The position numbers were made by a program, and so were the translations under genes. From the NCBI RefSeq assembly GCF_963921235.1, contig NC_086097.1:185940001-186004000 (forward strand): a DNA stretch of 64,000 bases, read 5' to 3'. The DNA comes from Mobula hypostoma. Its lineage: Eukaryota. The notes beneath the pieces were generated by a model. That model was given only the letters and a program-made list of their open reading frames with translations. It searched no databases and was not told the origin of the DNA. Numbering within the stretch: position 1 is the stretch's first letter; every line of letters begins with the position of its first letter. This document shows positions 12,916-26,440 of this stretch, piece by piece.

Positions 12916-14162
12916 ACCTATATCAGACTATAATTTTCCAGCTATTCTTAGATCCTTTCTTGAACAACAGAACAATATTACCCATCCTCTAATATTTTGG
13001 CTGTGGTTAAGGACATTTTAAATATCTCTGCCAGGACCTCTAATTTCTCAACTAGCCTCCCACAATGTCCAAAGGGACCCCTTGTCAAGCCCTGGGGACT
13101 TATATACTCTAATTTGCAAGCACCTCCTCTTCTGTAATCCATGAGTTTACTACTGTTTCACCTCGGTTCTACAAACTGTGTGTCCGCCTCTGGTGTATGG
13201 ATATATGCAGTAGACTGAGAAAAAAAACCTTTTGGAACACTTTTTTTTTGTTTGAAAAGCAACTTATTTCAATAATAGATCTTTACTACTACCCTCTTTC
13301 GACTCCGTTCTCAATTCTGCATCAACTGTTACTGTCCCTATGTTGCAATATTTCTCAATTCTGCTAACAAGTCCATTTAACAATGCTTCTCAATTTTCAC
13401 CTTTCATTCTTCCAGTTCAAAAGGGTACATATTCAGCCTGTTTGACCTCTCCTTATGGTGGATATTTACTGTACACACTCTATCACAAGCATGTCCTTCC
13501 TTAGGAAGAGACCAGGACAAATCCTGGCTGTGGTTATTAGAATCAGGGTTCACAGTTTTAAAAAAAAGTTGGGTATTCAAGACAGAAATGAGAAGAAATT
13601 TCTTTGGTAATGAATCTTTGGAATCCTCTATCCAAGAGGGCTGTGGATCTTCAGGCACTGAGCCTATTCAAGATGGGGCTCAATAGTCTGTTATACAATT
13701 GTTTATAACTGGTTAAATACATCTCTCTATGCTTGCAATAAAAGCCAAAACACTGTTGACTTCTTAACATGCAGATACAGCAAGCAGTTAATTTTTAGTT
13801 ATTCATGTTTAACAGTTGCTAAAAACATTAAAGGTTCAAACAGATAAAAGTTCAAAGCTAATGTGTTCAGTAAGCTTTCAGAAGAGCATACAAAGTGCTT
13901 GATTTCAATGCTACCGATGCAAATACAGTACTTTACAACATCTGCTGCTGGAGACAGATGTTGATTAATATGGGAAGTGTTTCATCTGTTTAATATGAAG
14001 AGCTTTCAATGCAGACTATTTCAGTCCCTGAACTTTGAGAATAAATGTGTGAGCTACATTTTGTTCATATAATTCATTAAACAGATAGCTTTGAATCTGA
14101 ACCACTTGATAAAAAATATGGAGAACACATTAACACATTTCAGTTAACATATCTGACATGGA

Positions 14163-15226
14163 AACAACAGGAATTCTGCAGATGCTGGAAATTCAAGCAA
14201 CACACATCCTGCCACCCCACTAGGAATAAGGTTCCCCTGGTCCTCACCTACCACCCCACCAGCCTCCGGGTCCAACATATTATTCTCCGTAACTTCCGCC
14301 ACCTCCAACGGGATCCCACCACTAAGCACATCTTTCCCTCCTCCCCCTCTGCTTTCCGCAGGGATCGCTCCCTACGCGACTCCCTTGTCCATTCGTCCCC
14401 CCCATCCCTCCCTACTGATCTCCCTCCTGGCACTTATCCTTGTAAGCGGAACAAGTGCTACACATGCCCTTACACTTCCTCCCTTACCACCATTCAGGGC
14501 CCCAAACAGTCCTTCCAGGTGAGGCGACACTTCACCTGTGAGTCGGCTGGGGTGATATACTGCGTCCGGTGCTCCCGATGTGGCCTTCTATATATTGGCG
14601 AGACCCGACGCAGACTGGGAGACCGCTTTGCTGAACACCTACGCTCTGTCTGCCAGAGAAAGCAGGATCTCCCAGTGGCCACACATTTTAATTCCACATC
14701 CCATTTCCATTCTGACATGTCTATCCACGGCCTCCTCTACTGTAAAGATGAAGCCACACTCAGGTTGGAGGAACAACACCTTATATTCCGTCTGGGTAGC
14801 CTCCAACCTGATGGCATGAACATTGACTTCTCTAACTTCCGCTCATACCCCACCTCCCCCTCGTACCCCATCTGTTATTTATTTTTATACACACATTCTT
14901 TCTCTCACTCTCCTTTTTCTCCCTCTGTCCCTCTGAATATACCCCTTGCCCATCCTCTGGGTTTCCCCCCCCTTGTCTTTCTCCCCGGACCTCCTGTTCG
15001 ATGATCCTCTCATATCCCCTTTGTCAATCACCTGTCCAGCTCTTGGCTCCATCCCTCCCCCTCCTGTCTTCTCCTATCATTTTGGATCTCCCCCTCCCCC
15101 TCCCACTTTCAAATCTCTTACTAACTCTTCCTTCAGTTAGTCCTGACAAAGGGTCTCGGCCTGAAACGTCGACTGTACCTCTTCCTAGAGATGCTGCCTG
15201 GCCTGCTGCGTTCACCAGTAACTTTG
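14163..15226. mobile_element. Penelope-like element (GIY-YIG ORF on + strand) with an inverted terminal segment
   Basis: GVIYCVRCSRCGLLYIGETRRRLGDRFAEH. Same family as 6411-7788. A 14-bp TSD ATATCTGACATGGA lies at 14149-14162 and 15227-15240. Confidence 0.93.
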
Positions 15227-16037
15227 ATATCTGACATGGATTTCTTTCAATTTTTTTTTACTTAGAAAGAAGTTTAATGTTATTGCAGAAGAAATAAATA
15301 ATTGCAACAAAGTTGCAATGTCAGTGTCTGAAGGCAATTTTAGCAATTAAAGAAAAGTAGGAAGCAAATTTAAGATTAAAATAAGATATGGACAAAAATT
15401 TAACTATTTAGGTTGCACTCAGTGAAAATAATGAGCACGGTGTGCAAGCAGGGGCTTTGATTTGAAGAAATATTGCAACTTACAAAATGGAACCATCAAA
15501 AAGTAGGGAATTTCTAAATTGGTTATGTATCATGCATCTCAATGAGCTACAAAGGAAAGGAAGATGTCATCAATAATGGTTTCAAAGGAAACTTGGCCCG
15601 AAGAAATCCACTTGCAAGATACTATTTTGGGTTCAGGTCAGATCCTAACAACACTTTATTCTTAAATAGCACAAAAGACATAGATTGGTATGGCATACTC
15701 TTCGGCCCAGGCTGTCTGTGCCGACAGTGATGTCAATTTAAACCGCACACCTGCCTGCACATTGCCTATATCCCTCAATTTCCTGCCTGTTCATATTTCT
15801 ATCCAAATACTTCTTAAATGTTGTTATTGCATCTGTTTCCATGAGTTCACTTGGCAGTGGGTTACAGGCATCTACCAATCTCTGCATTAAAAACTTTGCC
15901 ATGTAAATCTCCTTTAAACTTTCTCCCTCCTACTTTAAAGCTATGCCCTCCAGTGTATGACATTTCCACCCTCTCTCTGCCTCTTATAGTTTTATATACT
16001 AATAGCTAGTCTTTCCTCAACCTCAGACATTTTGCTA

Positions 16038-17569
16038 CAATGACTATATAAAGTATTCACTCTGCCATGGAGGTTTTAATGTTTTATTGTTTTACAACAT
16101 TGACACACAGTGGACTTAATTTGTTTTTTTGATGCAACAAAAAAAGACTCTTTTGTGTCAAAGTGAAAACAAATTTCTACAAATTGGTCTAAATTAATTA
16201 CAATTATTAAAGACAAAATAATTGATTGCATAATTACTCACCCCCTTCAAGTCAGTATTTAGTAGATGCACCTTCAGCAGCAATTACAGCCTTGAGTCTG
16301 TGTAGATAGGTCTCTATCAGCATTGCACAACTGGAGACTGCAATTTTCCTCATTCTTCTTTACAAAACTGGTCAAGCTCTGTCAGACTGCAAGGCGATGG
16401 TGAGTGAACAGCCCTTTTCAAGTCCAGCCACAAATTCTCAATTGGATTGAGGTCTGGACTCTGAGTTGGCCACTCAGGATATTAACTTTGTTGTTTTTAA
16501 GCCATTCTTGTGTAGCTTTGGCTTTATGCTTGGGTTCATTGCCTTGCAGGAAAACAAATCTTCTCCCAAGTCACAGTTCTCATACAGACTTCATCAGGTT
16601 TTCCTCCAGGATTTTCCTCTGTTGTGCTACATTCATTTTACCCTCCATCTTCACGAGCCTTCCAGGGCCTGCTGCCGTGAAGTATCCCCACAGCATGATG
16701 CGGCCACTACCATACTTTACAGTAGGGATGGTGTGTTTTTGATAATGTGTGATGCTTGGCTTACAACAAACATAGTGGTATGTCTGATGGGCAAAAACTC
16801 AATTTTGGTTTCATCAGACCATAAGAACCTTCTTCCAGCTGACTTCAGAATCTCCCACATGCTTTCTGGCAAACTCTAGCTAAGATTTCATGAGAGTTTT
16901 GTTTTCCTCAACAGTGGCTTTCTCTTTGCCTCTCTCCCATAAAACTGAGACTAGTGCAGCACCCAGGTAAGAGTTGTTGCATGTGCAGTTTTTTGAGGAT
17001 GGCTTGCTCTGGGAAAATTTACAGCTATGCCATATTCTTTCCATTTCTTGATGATTGATTTAACTGTACTCCAAGTGATATTCAGTGACTTGGAAATTTT
17101 CTTGCACCCATCTCCTGACTTGTGCTTTTCAATAACCTTTTCACAGATTTGCGTGGAGTGCTCTTTTGTCTTTGTGGTGTAACTCCTGCCAGGATACTGA
17201 ATCACCAGCAGTTGGACCTTCCAGATATAGCTGTATTTTTACAATGAAATGAAACACCCTGACTGCACACAGGTGATCTCCATATAACTAATTATGTGAC
17301 TTCTAAAACCAATTGGCTGCATCAGTGATGATTTGGTGTGTCATATTAAAGGAGGTGAATAGCAATGCAAACAATTATTTTGTGTTTTATATTTGCAGTT
17401 AATATAGATCATTGTAGAGATCTGTTTTCACTTTGTCATGAAGAGTCTTTTTCTGTTGACCAGTGTCAAAACAGAGCAAGATTAAATCCACTGTGATTCA
17501 CTGTTGTAAAAGATAAAACATGAAAACTTCTGGGGGCGGGGGGGAGGTGAATCCTTTTTGTAGGCATTT
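16038..17569 (-). mobile_element. Tc1-like DNA transposon with both long TIRs and a degenerate transposase
   Basis: TA-flanked (16036-37, 17570-71), with ~200-bp imperfect inverted ends. The minus strand encodes TKEHSTQICEKVIEKHKSGDGCKKISKSLNITWSTVKSIIKKWKEYG (paired-like HTH). Confidence 0.88.
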
Positions 17570-19576
17570 TACTTCAGCAATAAGATCATGGCAGATTTTT
17601 TTTACTTCAGCATCTCTCTCATATCCAATTGCCATAAAATGTGACTGATTGTCTACAATAGACAAGCAGGTGAAGGACACTGTGAAGGAACGTAAGCAAT
17701 GTCAATCCTCCTCTTGCTCCTTTCAACATGTGGCTCTGAACAACAAATCATGTTACATATTTGCATTTTGCAGGTCCATTTATGGGGAAAATACCAATCA
17801 CAACCGATGCATAGAGATTTAATGTTGAGAATGACATCCATTGCACAGGAATGTCCACATTTACCTGTGATGGACAATGGAAACAATTTCACTGATACTC
17901 AATATGCTAGTTGCTGAGAAAGAATGGACTTAAGCACAGCTCTGTACCACATAGCCACCAATGTGTGCCAAAAAGAGCAATTCAAACTATGAACTGAAAA
18001 ATATGCCAAGAAGAGAGACAAAATATATATTCTTATTTCACTGTTAGTATATACCACAACAACAAGACCAATACTACTAAACATTACGGGAAACAGTTAA
18101 ATTCAACAAAGTCAAAGCTTAGACATTGCTCTCAGTCTTTCTGGCAAGCCAGTAAATACACTGATTTGTCAGCATGAAGCATCTTCCCTGATATTGCAGG
18201 CCTGGTTCAATTATCGCTGATCTGGCTCTCCTGAAAATTAACGAAAACAATGCTGAGGCTGTAATACTGTAATTCATGCTGGCTAGCTGTTCCAATCTAC
18301 ATGGGGTCTGAGAACATATTTTCTTTATAACTTCCACTAGAATCCTAAAGTGGGCAATGTCACTCCCCAGGGGCGGGTTGCTGTTACCGTAACCAGGGAA
18401 GATGGAGATATTAAGTACCAGTGTAGGGACAGAAGGGAGAGACACAGTAAGAGAGTGAAAATAAGGAAGGGCGGTAGTCACATACTAAATGTTTCTTTTT
18501 TGTCATTAAAGGACTCATTGGAGAGGGACAGGGGAATGCAGGGAGGGTTGAACAGTTATGGAGTGAAGGGATGTGATGATTTGTGTGCTTCACACAACAT
18601 TTCAATGCTTATTGCTAAATCTGCAAAACCACATACAATTGGAGAAGAAATGATTCTGCCAGCAGTGAAGGAGGCTCTGAGTACAGTTTTGCATAAGTCA
18701 TCAGAACAACCAATTAAAGTGATTCTGCTTAGCAACAACTCTGATCAAAGATGAACAGATGAAATGTCTGAGAATGTGGAAGGCACATTGTGCAACATAC
18801 TTAGGACAACAGAATTTGCTCTGCAGTTGGATGAGTCAACTTTGCCAGGCAGCTGAACTTTATTTTTTGGTAATGTTCGCTTCATAAGATGAAAGCATGG
18901 TACAAGAGTTGTTATTTGCAAGGGGACTAGAAATGTATATGAAGGGGAAGTCAATAATTCAGGATGTTGAGCAATTTTTTTAAAGAGAAGAACTTCCACT
19001 CACAAACGTTGTTGCTTATGCAACAGATAGGGCACCATCAATGTCAGGACGCCACTGTGGGCTCATGATTTTCTTTAAAAAAAGCTGTACATAACACATT
19101 TACTATTTACTATGTAACTCACAGACAACATCTTCTTGCAAAAAACCCCCACTGTTATCACAGGGGTAAATAAAATGAAGACCCATATTCTCAATTCTCA
19201 ACTATTAAGAGCTTTGTATTGAAAATGGTGAATAGTTTGAATGCTTGCTGTTGCCCCCAGAAGTCAAATGGCTCTCAAAAGGAAACAGCCTAAGACACCA
19301 TCATGTACTTTTTGAAAACAATAAAATTATTTGAAGACTTGAATGCTACATTCTGCAATCAACTCAAGAATATTAGCTGTGCCATCACTTATATGTTAGA
19401 ATTATTCACAAAAAGTTTAATAAAATCTATCTTCAATTGCAAAGAAATAATGTGAATCCTGTCAAAGTCAAATCACATTTCTGTCCAACTTAACCTTATT
19501 GGTTGCTGGACCATTTCCAATTTCCCATCCTGGAAGAGTTGGAAGAGAAAGAAAGAATACCGTATCAAATGATATT

Positions 19577-22500
19577 GACTAGGCATAGCTCAAATACCAT
19601 CTATAAATTTGCTGATGATACAACCATTGTTGGCAGAATCTCAGATGGTGATGAGAGGACGTACAGGAGTGAGATATACCAGCTAGTGGAGTGGTGTTGC
19701 AGCAGCAACCTTGCACTCCTACGTCAAAAAGACCAAAAAGCTGATTGTGGACTTCAGAAAAGGTAAGATGAAGGAAAACATACCAATCCTTACAGAGGAA
19801 TCAAAAGTGGAGAGATGAGTAATTTCAAGTTCCCGGGTGTCAATATCTCTGAGGAACTATTCTGGTCCCAACATATCAATGCAGCCATAAAGGCAGCAAC
19901 TATATTTCATCAGGAGTTTGGGGAGATTTGGTTTATCAGCTAAAGCTGAGGTGTGCTGCAGTTAAAACTGAAAACAACAAATACCTGACTGAAAGTATCA
20001 TATTTGAATGCACGCAGCAGAATAAATAAATGGACAATCTTGAAATTCAGCTACAGATTGCCAGGTATGACGTTGTGGCCATCTCTGAAAATTGGCTAAA
20101 GGGTGGCTGCCATTGGGAGCTGAATGTCCAAGGATATACGGTGTATCGGAAAGATAGGTTAGTAGGCAGAGGGGGTGTGTGGCCCTGTTTATAAGAAATA
20201 ATATTAAATCATTAGAAAGGGATGACATAGGATCGGAAGGTGTAGATTCTCTATGGTTTGAATTAAGAAATGGCAAGGGGAAAAGGACCCTAATGGCAGT
20301 TGTATACAGGCCTCCAAACAGCAGCCGGGATGTGGATTACAGATTACAATGGGAGATAGAAAAGGCATGTCAGAAAGGCAATGTCATGATAATCGTTCGG
20401 GATTTTAACATGAAAGTGGATTGGGAAAACCAGGCCAGTACTGGACCTCGAGAGAGAATTTGCAGAATGTCTAAGGGACGGCTTTTTAGAAAAGCTTGTT
20501 GTTGAGCCCACTAGGGGATTGGCTGTGCTGGATTGGGAGTTGTGCAATGATCCGGAGGTGATAAGAGAGCTTAAGGTTAAGGAACCCTTAGGGAACAGTG
20601 ATCACAATATGATCGCGTTCACCTTGAAATTTAAGAAGGAAAAACTAAAAGCCAATGTTTCGGTATTTCAGTGGAATAAAGGAAATTACAATGGCATGAG
20701 AAGGGAACTGGCCAAGGTTGACTGGAAAGGGACACTAGCAAGAAAGACAGCAGAGCAGAAATGGCTGGAGTTCCTGCGAAAAATGAGGGAAGTTCAAGAC
20801 AGATATATTCCAAATAAGAAGAAATTTTCGAATGGAAGCAGGACACTACCATGGCTGACAAGTCAGAGCCAAAGTAAAAGCAAAAGGGAGGGCATACAAT
20901 GAAGCTAAAGCTAGTGACAAGATAGAGGATTGGGAAGGTTTTAAAAACTTGCAGAAGGAAACTAAGAAGGTCATTAGGAAGGAAAAGATGGATTATGAAA
21001 GGAAGCTGGCGACTGATATCAAAGAAGGTACTAAAAGCTTTTTTAAGTATATAAAGGGTAAAAGAGAGTTAAAGGTAGATATAGGACTGGAGATATTGAA
21101 ATGAGAGATGTGGAGATGGCAGAGGAACTGAATGTGTATTTTGCATCAGTCTTCACAGTGGACGAAATCTGCAGTATACCAAGAGGGTTGGGGAGGTGAA
21201 GTATGTGCAGTGAAAATTACGACTGAGAAGGTGCTCAGGAAGCTTAATGGTCTGAGGATGGATAAATCTCCTGGACCTGATGGAATGCACCCTCAGGCTC
21301 TGAAGGAGGTAGCTGGAGAGATTGCAGAAGCGTTAACAATGATCTTTCAAGAATCGATAGATTCTGGCGTTGTACCGAATGACTGGAAAATTGCAAATGT
21401 TACTCCACTATTTAAGAAGGGTGGGAGGTGTTATTTAATAAGGGTGGGCAGCATGGTTTCCTGAAAGGAAAATCTTGCCTGACTAACTTACTGTGATCTT
21501 TTGAGGAAATTACAAGCAGGGTAGATAAAGGAGATGCAGCGTATGTGGTGTTCTTGGATTTTCTGAAGGCTTTTGACAAGGTGCTGCACGGGAGACTGCT
21601 CAGCAAGGTAAGAGCCCATGGAATTACAGGGGTGTTACTGGCAAGGGTGGAGCATTGGTTGATCGGCAGAAAAAAGAGAGTGGGAATAAAGGGATCTTAT
21701 TCTGGCTGGCTGCCGGTTACCAGTGGAGTTCCACAGGGGTTGGTGTTGGGACTGCTGCTTTTTACGATGTATGTCAATGATTTGGACTATGGGATTAATG
21801 GATTTGTGGCTAAATTTGCCGATGATACAAAGATAAGTGGAGAAGCGGGTAGTATTGGGGAAAAAGAGAGCCTTAGATAGTTTAGGGGAATGGGCAAAGA
21901 AGTGGTAAATGGAATACAATGTTGGAAAGTGTATGGTCATGCAACTTGGTGGAAGCAACAAATGGGCAGACTATTATTTAGGTGGAGAGAGAATTCAAAA
22001 TGCAGAGATGCAAAGGGACTTGGGAGTCATTGCGCAGGATACCCTAAGGGTTAACCTCCGGGTTGAGTCAGTGGTGAAGAAGGCGAATGCAATGTTGCCA
22101 TTCATTTCTAGAGGTATAGAATATAAGAGCAGGATGTGATATTGAGGCTCTATAAGGTACTCGTGAGACCACATTTGGAGTATTGTGCGCAGCATTGTGG
22201 CTCCTTATTTTAGAAAGGATATACTGACATTGGAGAGGGTTCAGAGAAGATTCACAAGTATGATTCCAGGAATGAAAGGGTTACCGTATGAGGAACTTCT
22301 GGCAGCTCTTGGGCTGTATTCCCTGGAGTTCAGCAGAATGAAGGGGGAATCTCATAGAAACATTCTGAATGTTAAAAGGCCTGAACAGAAGGCCTGAACA
22401 GATATTGCAAAGATATTGCAAAATTATTTCCCATGTTAGGGGAGTCCAGAACAAGAGGGCACGACTTCAGGATTGAAGGACATTCATTAGAACTGAGATG

Positions 22501-23284
22501 CGGAGAAATTACTTTAGTCAGAGGGTGGTAAATCCATGGAATTTGTTGCCACGAGTGGCTGTGGAGGCCAAGTCCTTGGGTGCTTTTAAGGCAGAGATAC
22601 ATAGGTTCTTGTTTTGCCAGGGCATCAAAGGGTATGGGGAGAAGGCAGGAAAGTTGGGATGACTGGAAGAATTGGATCAGCCATGATTGAATGGCAGAGC
22701 AGACTCGATGTGCCAAATGGCCTACTTCTGCTCCTACATCTTATGATCTTAAAACATTCAAAATCTTCGACAGATGTATCATGGATCATCTGATTTGCTG
22801 CATCACCATCTGATATTTGGGGGTGGGTGGGTTGGGTGTGGAGCTACTGCACAGGATTGAAGTAAACTGCAGAGAGTGGCAAAATTATTCAGGTCTGTCA
22901 TGGGTGCTAGCCTCCATAGTATCCAATACACCTTCAAGGAGCAAAGCCTAAGAAGGGCGGTGTCCATCATGAAGGACCTCCAGCAGCTAGCACAGGCCCT
23001 TGTCTCTTTGTTACCATCAGGAAGGTGATATAGAAGCCTGAAGGCACACACACAGCAATTCAGGGACAGCCTCTTCCCCTCTGCCATCTGATTGCTTAAT
23101 GGACACTACCTCATTAATTTTTCTAAGAATTTCCTTTATTGCTCTACTTATTTTAATTTAACTGTTTAACGTACACTTACTGTAGTTCAGATTGTTTCTA
23201 TATTTATCATGCATTGTATTGTACTGCTGCCGCAAAGTTAACAAATTTCATGACATATGCCGGTGACAGTAAACCTGACTCTGA
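19577..23284 (+). mobile_element. Rex1/Babar-like LINE 3' part (19577-19944 and 22751-23284), split by a CR1
   Basis: RHSSNTIYKFADDTTIVGRISDGDERTYRSEI. Resumes after the CR1 and ends with the tail TAAACCTGACTCTGA. Confidence 0.8.
19945..22750 (+). mobile_element. CR1 LINE ORF2 (APE + RT), 5'-truncated, same family as 388-3637
   Basis: MAVVYRPPNS, LGNSDHN, DFLKAFDKV, GVPQG and KFADDTK, with a TCTTATGATCT tail. Long stretches are highly similar to 1650-3637. Confidence 0.92.
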
Positions 23285-24349
23285 GGTTCTTCAAGTGTAA
23301 CGTGCCCACTTGGGTGAAATGTCAAAGAGATCTTCTCTCAATCCAAATTCCAGATTTGGTGACAAATCCATTCCTGATCACTTGCAATAAAGAATTAGCA
23401 GGAAGGATGGAGGAAGAACCGATCTCACTACAAAATGACTCTGAGCTGAAGCCAAGGTTCAAAAAATCGTATCAAGACTTCTGGTTGCAGAAAGAAATCT
23501 CTAAATGCTAGCCGACATTGTGGAAATAGGTCAAGATGTTCTTTATTGCCTTTCCAACATCATATTTAGTACAGCAGTCACCTAACTTCTTTCAGAGCAA
23601 CGAAACAGATGGCAAATTACTGAACGTGGTGATCTGAGACTCATACTGTGTGACATTCAGTCTGGTGTTGATATCTCATTGAAAGGTGAAAAAGCAATGA
23701 AGTAGCAGATAGTTAGACTGCTAATGTATGCTCTAAAATTAGTGGTAAATATTGTTTTTACTGTAATTAAATAAAGAAATAGATTTATTTGTAGCTTTAA
23801 ATGGATTGGAATAATTTTTGCAAGTATTTGTCTCTGCTCTAAATTTGCAGTTCTTATTTTCTATCACTGTGCATTTAAATCAAAATTCTTTATAATTTTT
23901 ATGTAATGGCCAGAATGGGAGAGTGGGGAACTGAGGATGTGGTGTGGGAGCCAGGGGGACAGTTACCCAAAGAGGTTTGGGAACCACTGCATTAGATCAA
24001 GTGGGTATGTGCTAATTCCACATGGTAAATCCATGGCCATCCAATTTTCCCAGTCGTGCCTCTGGGTCATTACTGTGGTTAATGGAAATGACCATCTCTG
24101 TCTTACACCTAATTTATTCCATTCTTTTACATATCAATTTATCATTCATCACCTTCCCTTTTATTCTCATTATCCAATGCAAATTGGAAACAGTTATGGC
24201 TTTTGCCTTTGGAAATATCTGATCACATTGCTGGACACGTGTTTCAGAACAAATTGTGGATCAACCTAAGTTATTCCAGTTCAGCTGCAATTCTGGCATC
24301 TAATGGACAATATTTGAAATTCCCTGTTGTATCACACCTATTATTACAA

Positions 24350-26440
24350 AAGAATACATCCAGATGCTGACCTGGGTGGGTAATTGTGGATTGGAATGAG
24401 CTGTTTTCTGGCAAAGGCATACTTGATAAGTGGGAGGCCTTCAAAAGTGCAACTGTGAGAGTTAAAAGCTTGTATGAGCCCGTCTGAACAAAAGGTAAAG
24501 ATAATAGGTTAAGGTGAAGCTTGGCTTTCAAGAGATATTGAGGCCCTGGTTAGGAAAAAAAAAGAGCATAGCTGATATCAGCCAGTAGGAACCAATGAAA
24601 AGTATAAGAAATGCAAGAGAACACTTAAAAAAGAAATCAGGTGGCTAAAAGAAAACATGAGGTTGCCCTAGCAACCTAGGTTGAAGGAGAAGCCTCAGAG
24701 ATTCTACGGATATGTTAAGTGCAAAAGGATTGCAAGGGACAAATTTGGTCCTCTACAAGATCTTAATGGTAATCTATTCATGGAGCTAAAAGAGATGGGG
24801 GAGATCTTAAATGGATTTTTTGCATCTGTGTTTACTCAGGAGACAAATGCAGAGTCTATAGAAATGAGGCAAAGTAGTAGCAAGGTCATGGACCCTATAC
24901 AGATTACAGAGGATGCAAATTAGTATGAATAAATTGCCAATGTCTGACAAGATGTTCACCGGGACACTGTGGGAGGCAAATGCAGGAATTGCAGAAGCCC
25001 TAGCAGATATTTAATTAATCCTTAGCAACAGATGAGGTACCGGAGGATTTAAGGATAGCTAATGATGTTCTGCTGTTTAAGAAAGGCTCTAGAAATAAAC
25101 CAGGACAATCTAGAAATAGGACAATGAGCCTGATATCAGTAGTGGGAAAGTTGGTGGAAGGTATTCCACTGAACTGGATCTATGAGCGTTTGAATAGACA
25201 GAGACTGATTAAGGATAGACAGTATGGCCATGTGCTTAGTGGGCCGTGTCTAACTGATCTTATAGTTTTTTGAAGAAGTTACCAGAAAAGTTGATGAAGG
25301 CAACGCAGGTTGTCTAAATGGTCTTTAGCAAGGCATTTGACAAGGTCCCACAAGGGATGTTGGTCAAGAAGGTTCAGTTGCTTGGCATTCAAGATCATGT
25401 AGTAAATTGGATTAGACATTGGCTTTGTGGGAGAAGCCAGAGTGGTAGTAGAGGGTTGCCTCTCTGACTGGAGGTCTGTGACTATTGGAGTGCCACAGGG
25501 ATCAGTGCTGGGTCCATTGTTGTTTGTCATCTATATCAATGATCTGGATGGTAACATGGTTAACTGGATCAGCAAATTTGTGGATGACACCAGGATTGGA
25601 GGTGTAGTGGAGAGTGAGGAAGCCTGTTAGAGCTTGCTGCAGGATCTGAACCAGCTGTAAAAGTAGGCTGAGAAATGGCAGATGTAATTTAATGCAGATA
25701 AGTGCGAGGTGTGCACTTCGGTAGAGCCAACCAGGGTATGTCTTACACAGTGAATGGTAGGGCATCAAGGAATGCGGTAGAACAAAGGGATCAGATAATA
25801 CAAGTCCATAATTCATTGAAAGTGGCAGCACAGGTAGATAGGGTTGTAAAGAAAGCTTTTGGCACATTGGCCTTCATAAATCAATGTATTGAGTACAGGA
25901 GATGGGATGTTATGTTAACGTTTTATGAGATGCTAGTGAGGCCTAATCTCAGATGTGTGCAGTTTTGGTCACATACCTATAGAAAAGATGTAACTAAAGT
26001 TGAAAGAGTGCAGAGAAAATTTACAATTATGTTGCTGGAACTGAATGACCTGAGTTGTAAGGAAAGATTGAATAGGTCAGGACTTTATTCCTTAGAACAT
26101 AGAAGATTGAGGGGAGATTTGATAGAGGTATACTAAATTATGAGGGATATAGATGGGGTAAATGCTAGCAGGCTTTTTCCACTGAGGATTGGTGGGACTA
26201 CAACTAGAGGTCATAGGTTAAGGGTGGAAGTATAAAGTTTAAGGAGAAACTTCATCAGAGTGTGGAACAAGCTGTCAGCGCAAGTAGTGCATATGAGCTT
26301 GATTTCAACATTTAAGAGAAGTTTGGATGGTACATGGATGGCAGGGGTATGGAGGGCTACGGTCCTGATGCAGGTCGAAGGGAGAATACAGCTTAAGAGG
26401 TTTGGCATGGGTGATGGGTTTGGCATCTATGACTCTATTG
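24350..26440 (+). mobile_element. Degenerate CR1 LINE ORF2 (second CR1 family)
   Basis: GVPQGSVLGPLLFVIYINDLD, SKFVDDTRIGG and RRLRGDLIEVY. Related to 57228-59295. Confidence 0.88.

Larger units (their letters stand above)
18570..23989 (+). mobile_element. hAT (Buster/Charlie, SCAND3/ZBED-like) transposon remnant interrupted by nested LINEs (pieces ~18570-19575 and ~23285-23989)
   Basis: IAKSAKPHTIGEEMILPAVKE...LSNNS, EFALQLDESTLPG and FQFPILEELEEKERIP. Resumes as DLLSIQIPDLVTNPF...YQDFWLQKEI. The right TIR GTTTGGGAACCACTG ends at 23989 before CATTAGAT. Confidence 0.82.

Noticed and set aside
18590..19560. Domesticated SCAND3/ZBED-type gene
   Set aside because: Frameshifts, stops, nested LINE insertions and a TIR indicate a dead hAT transposon.
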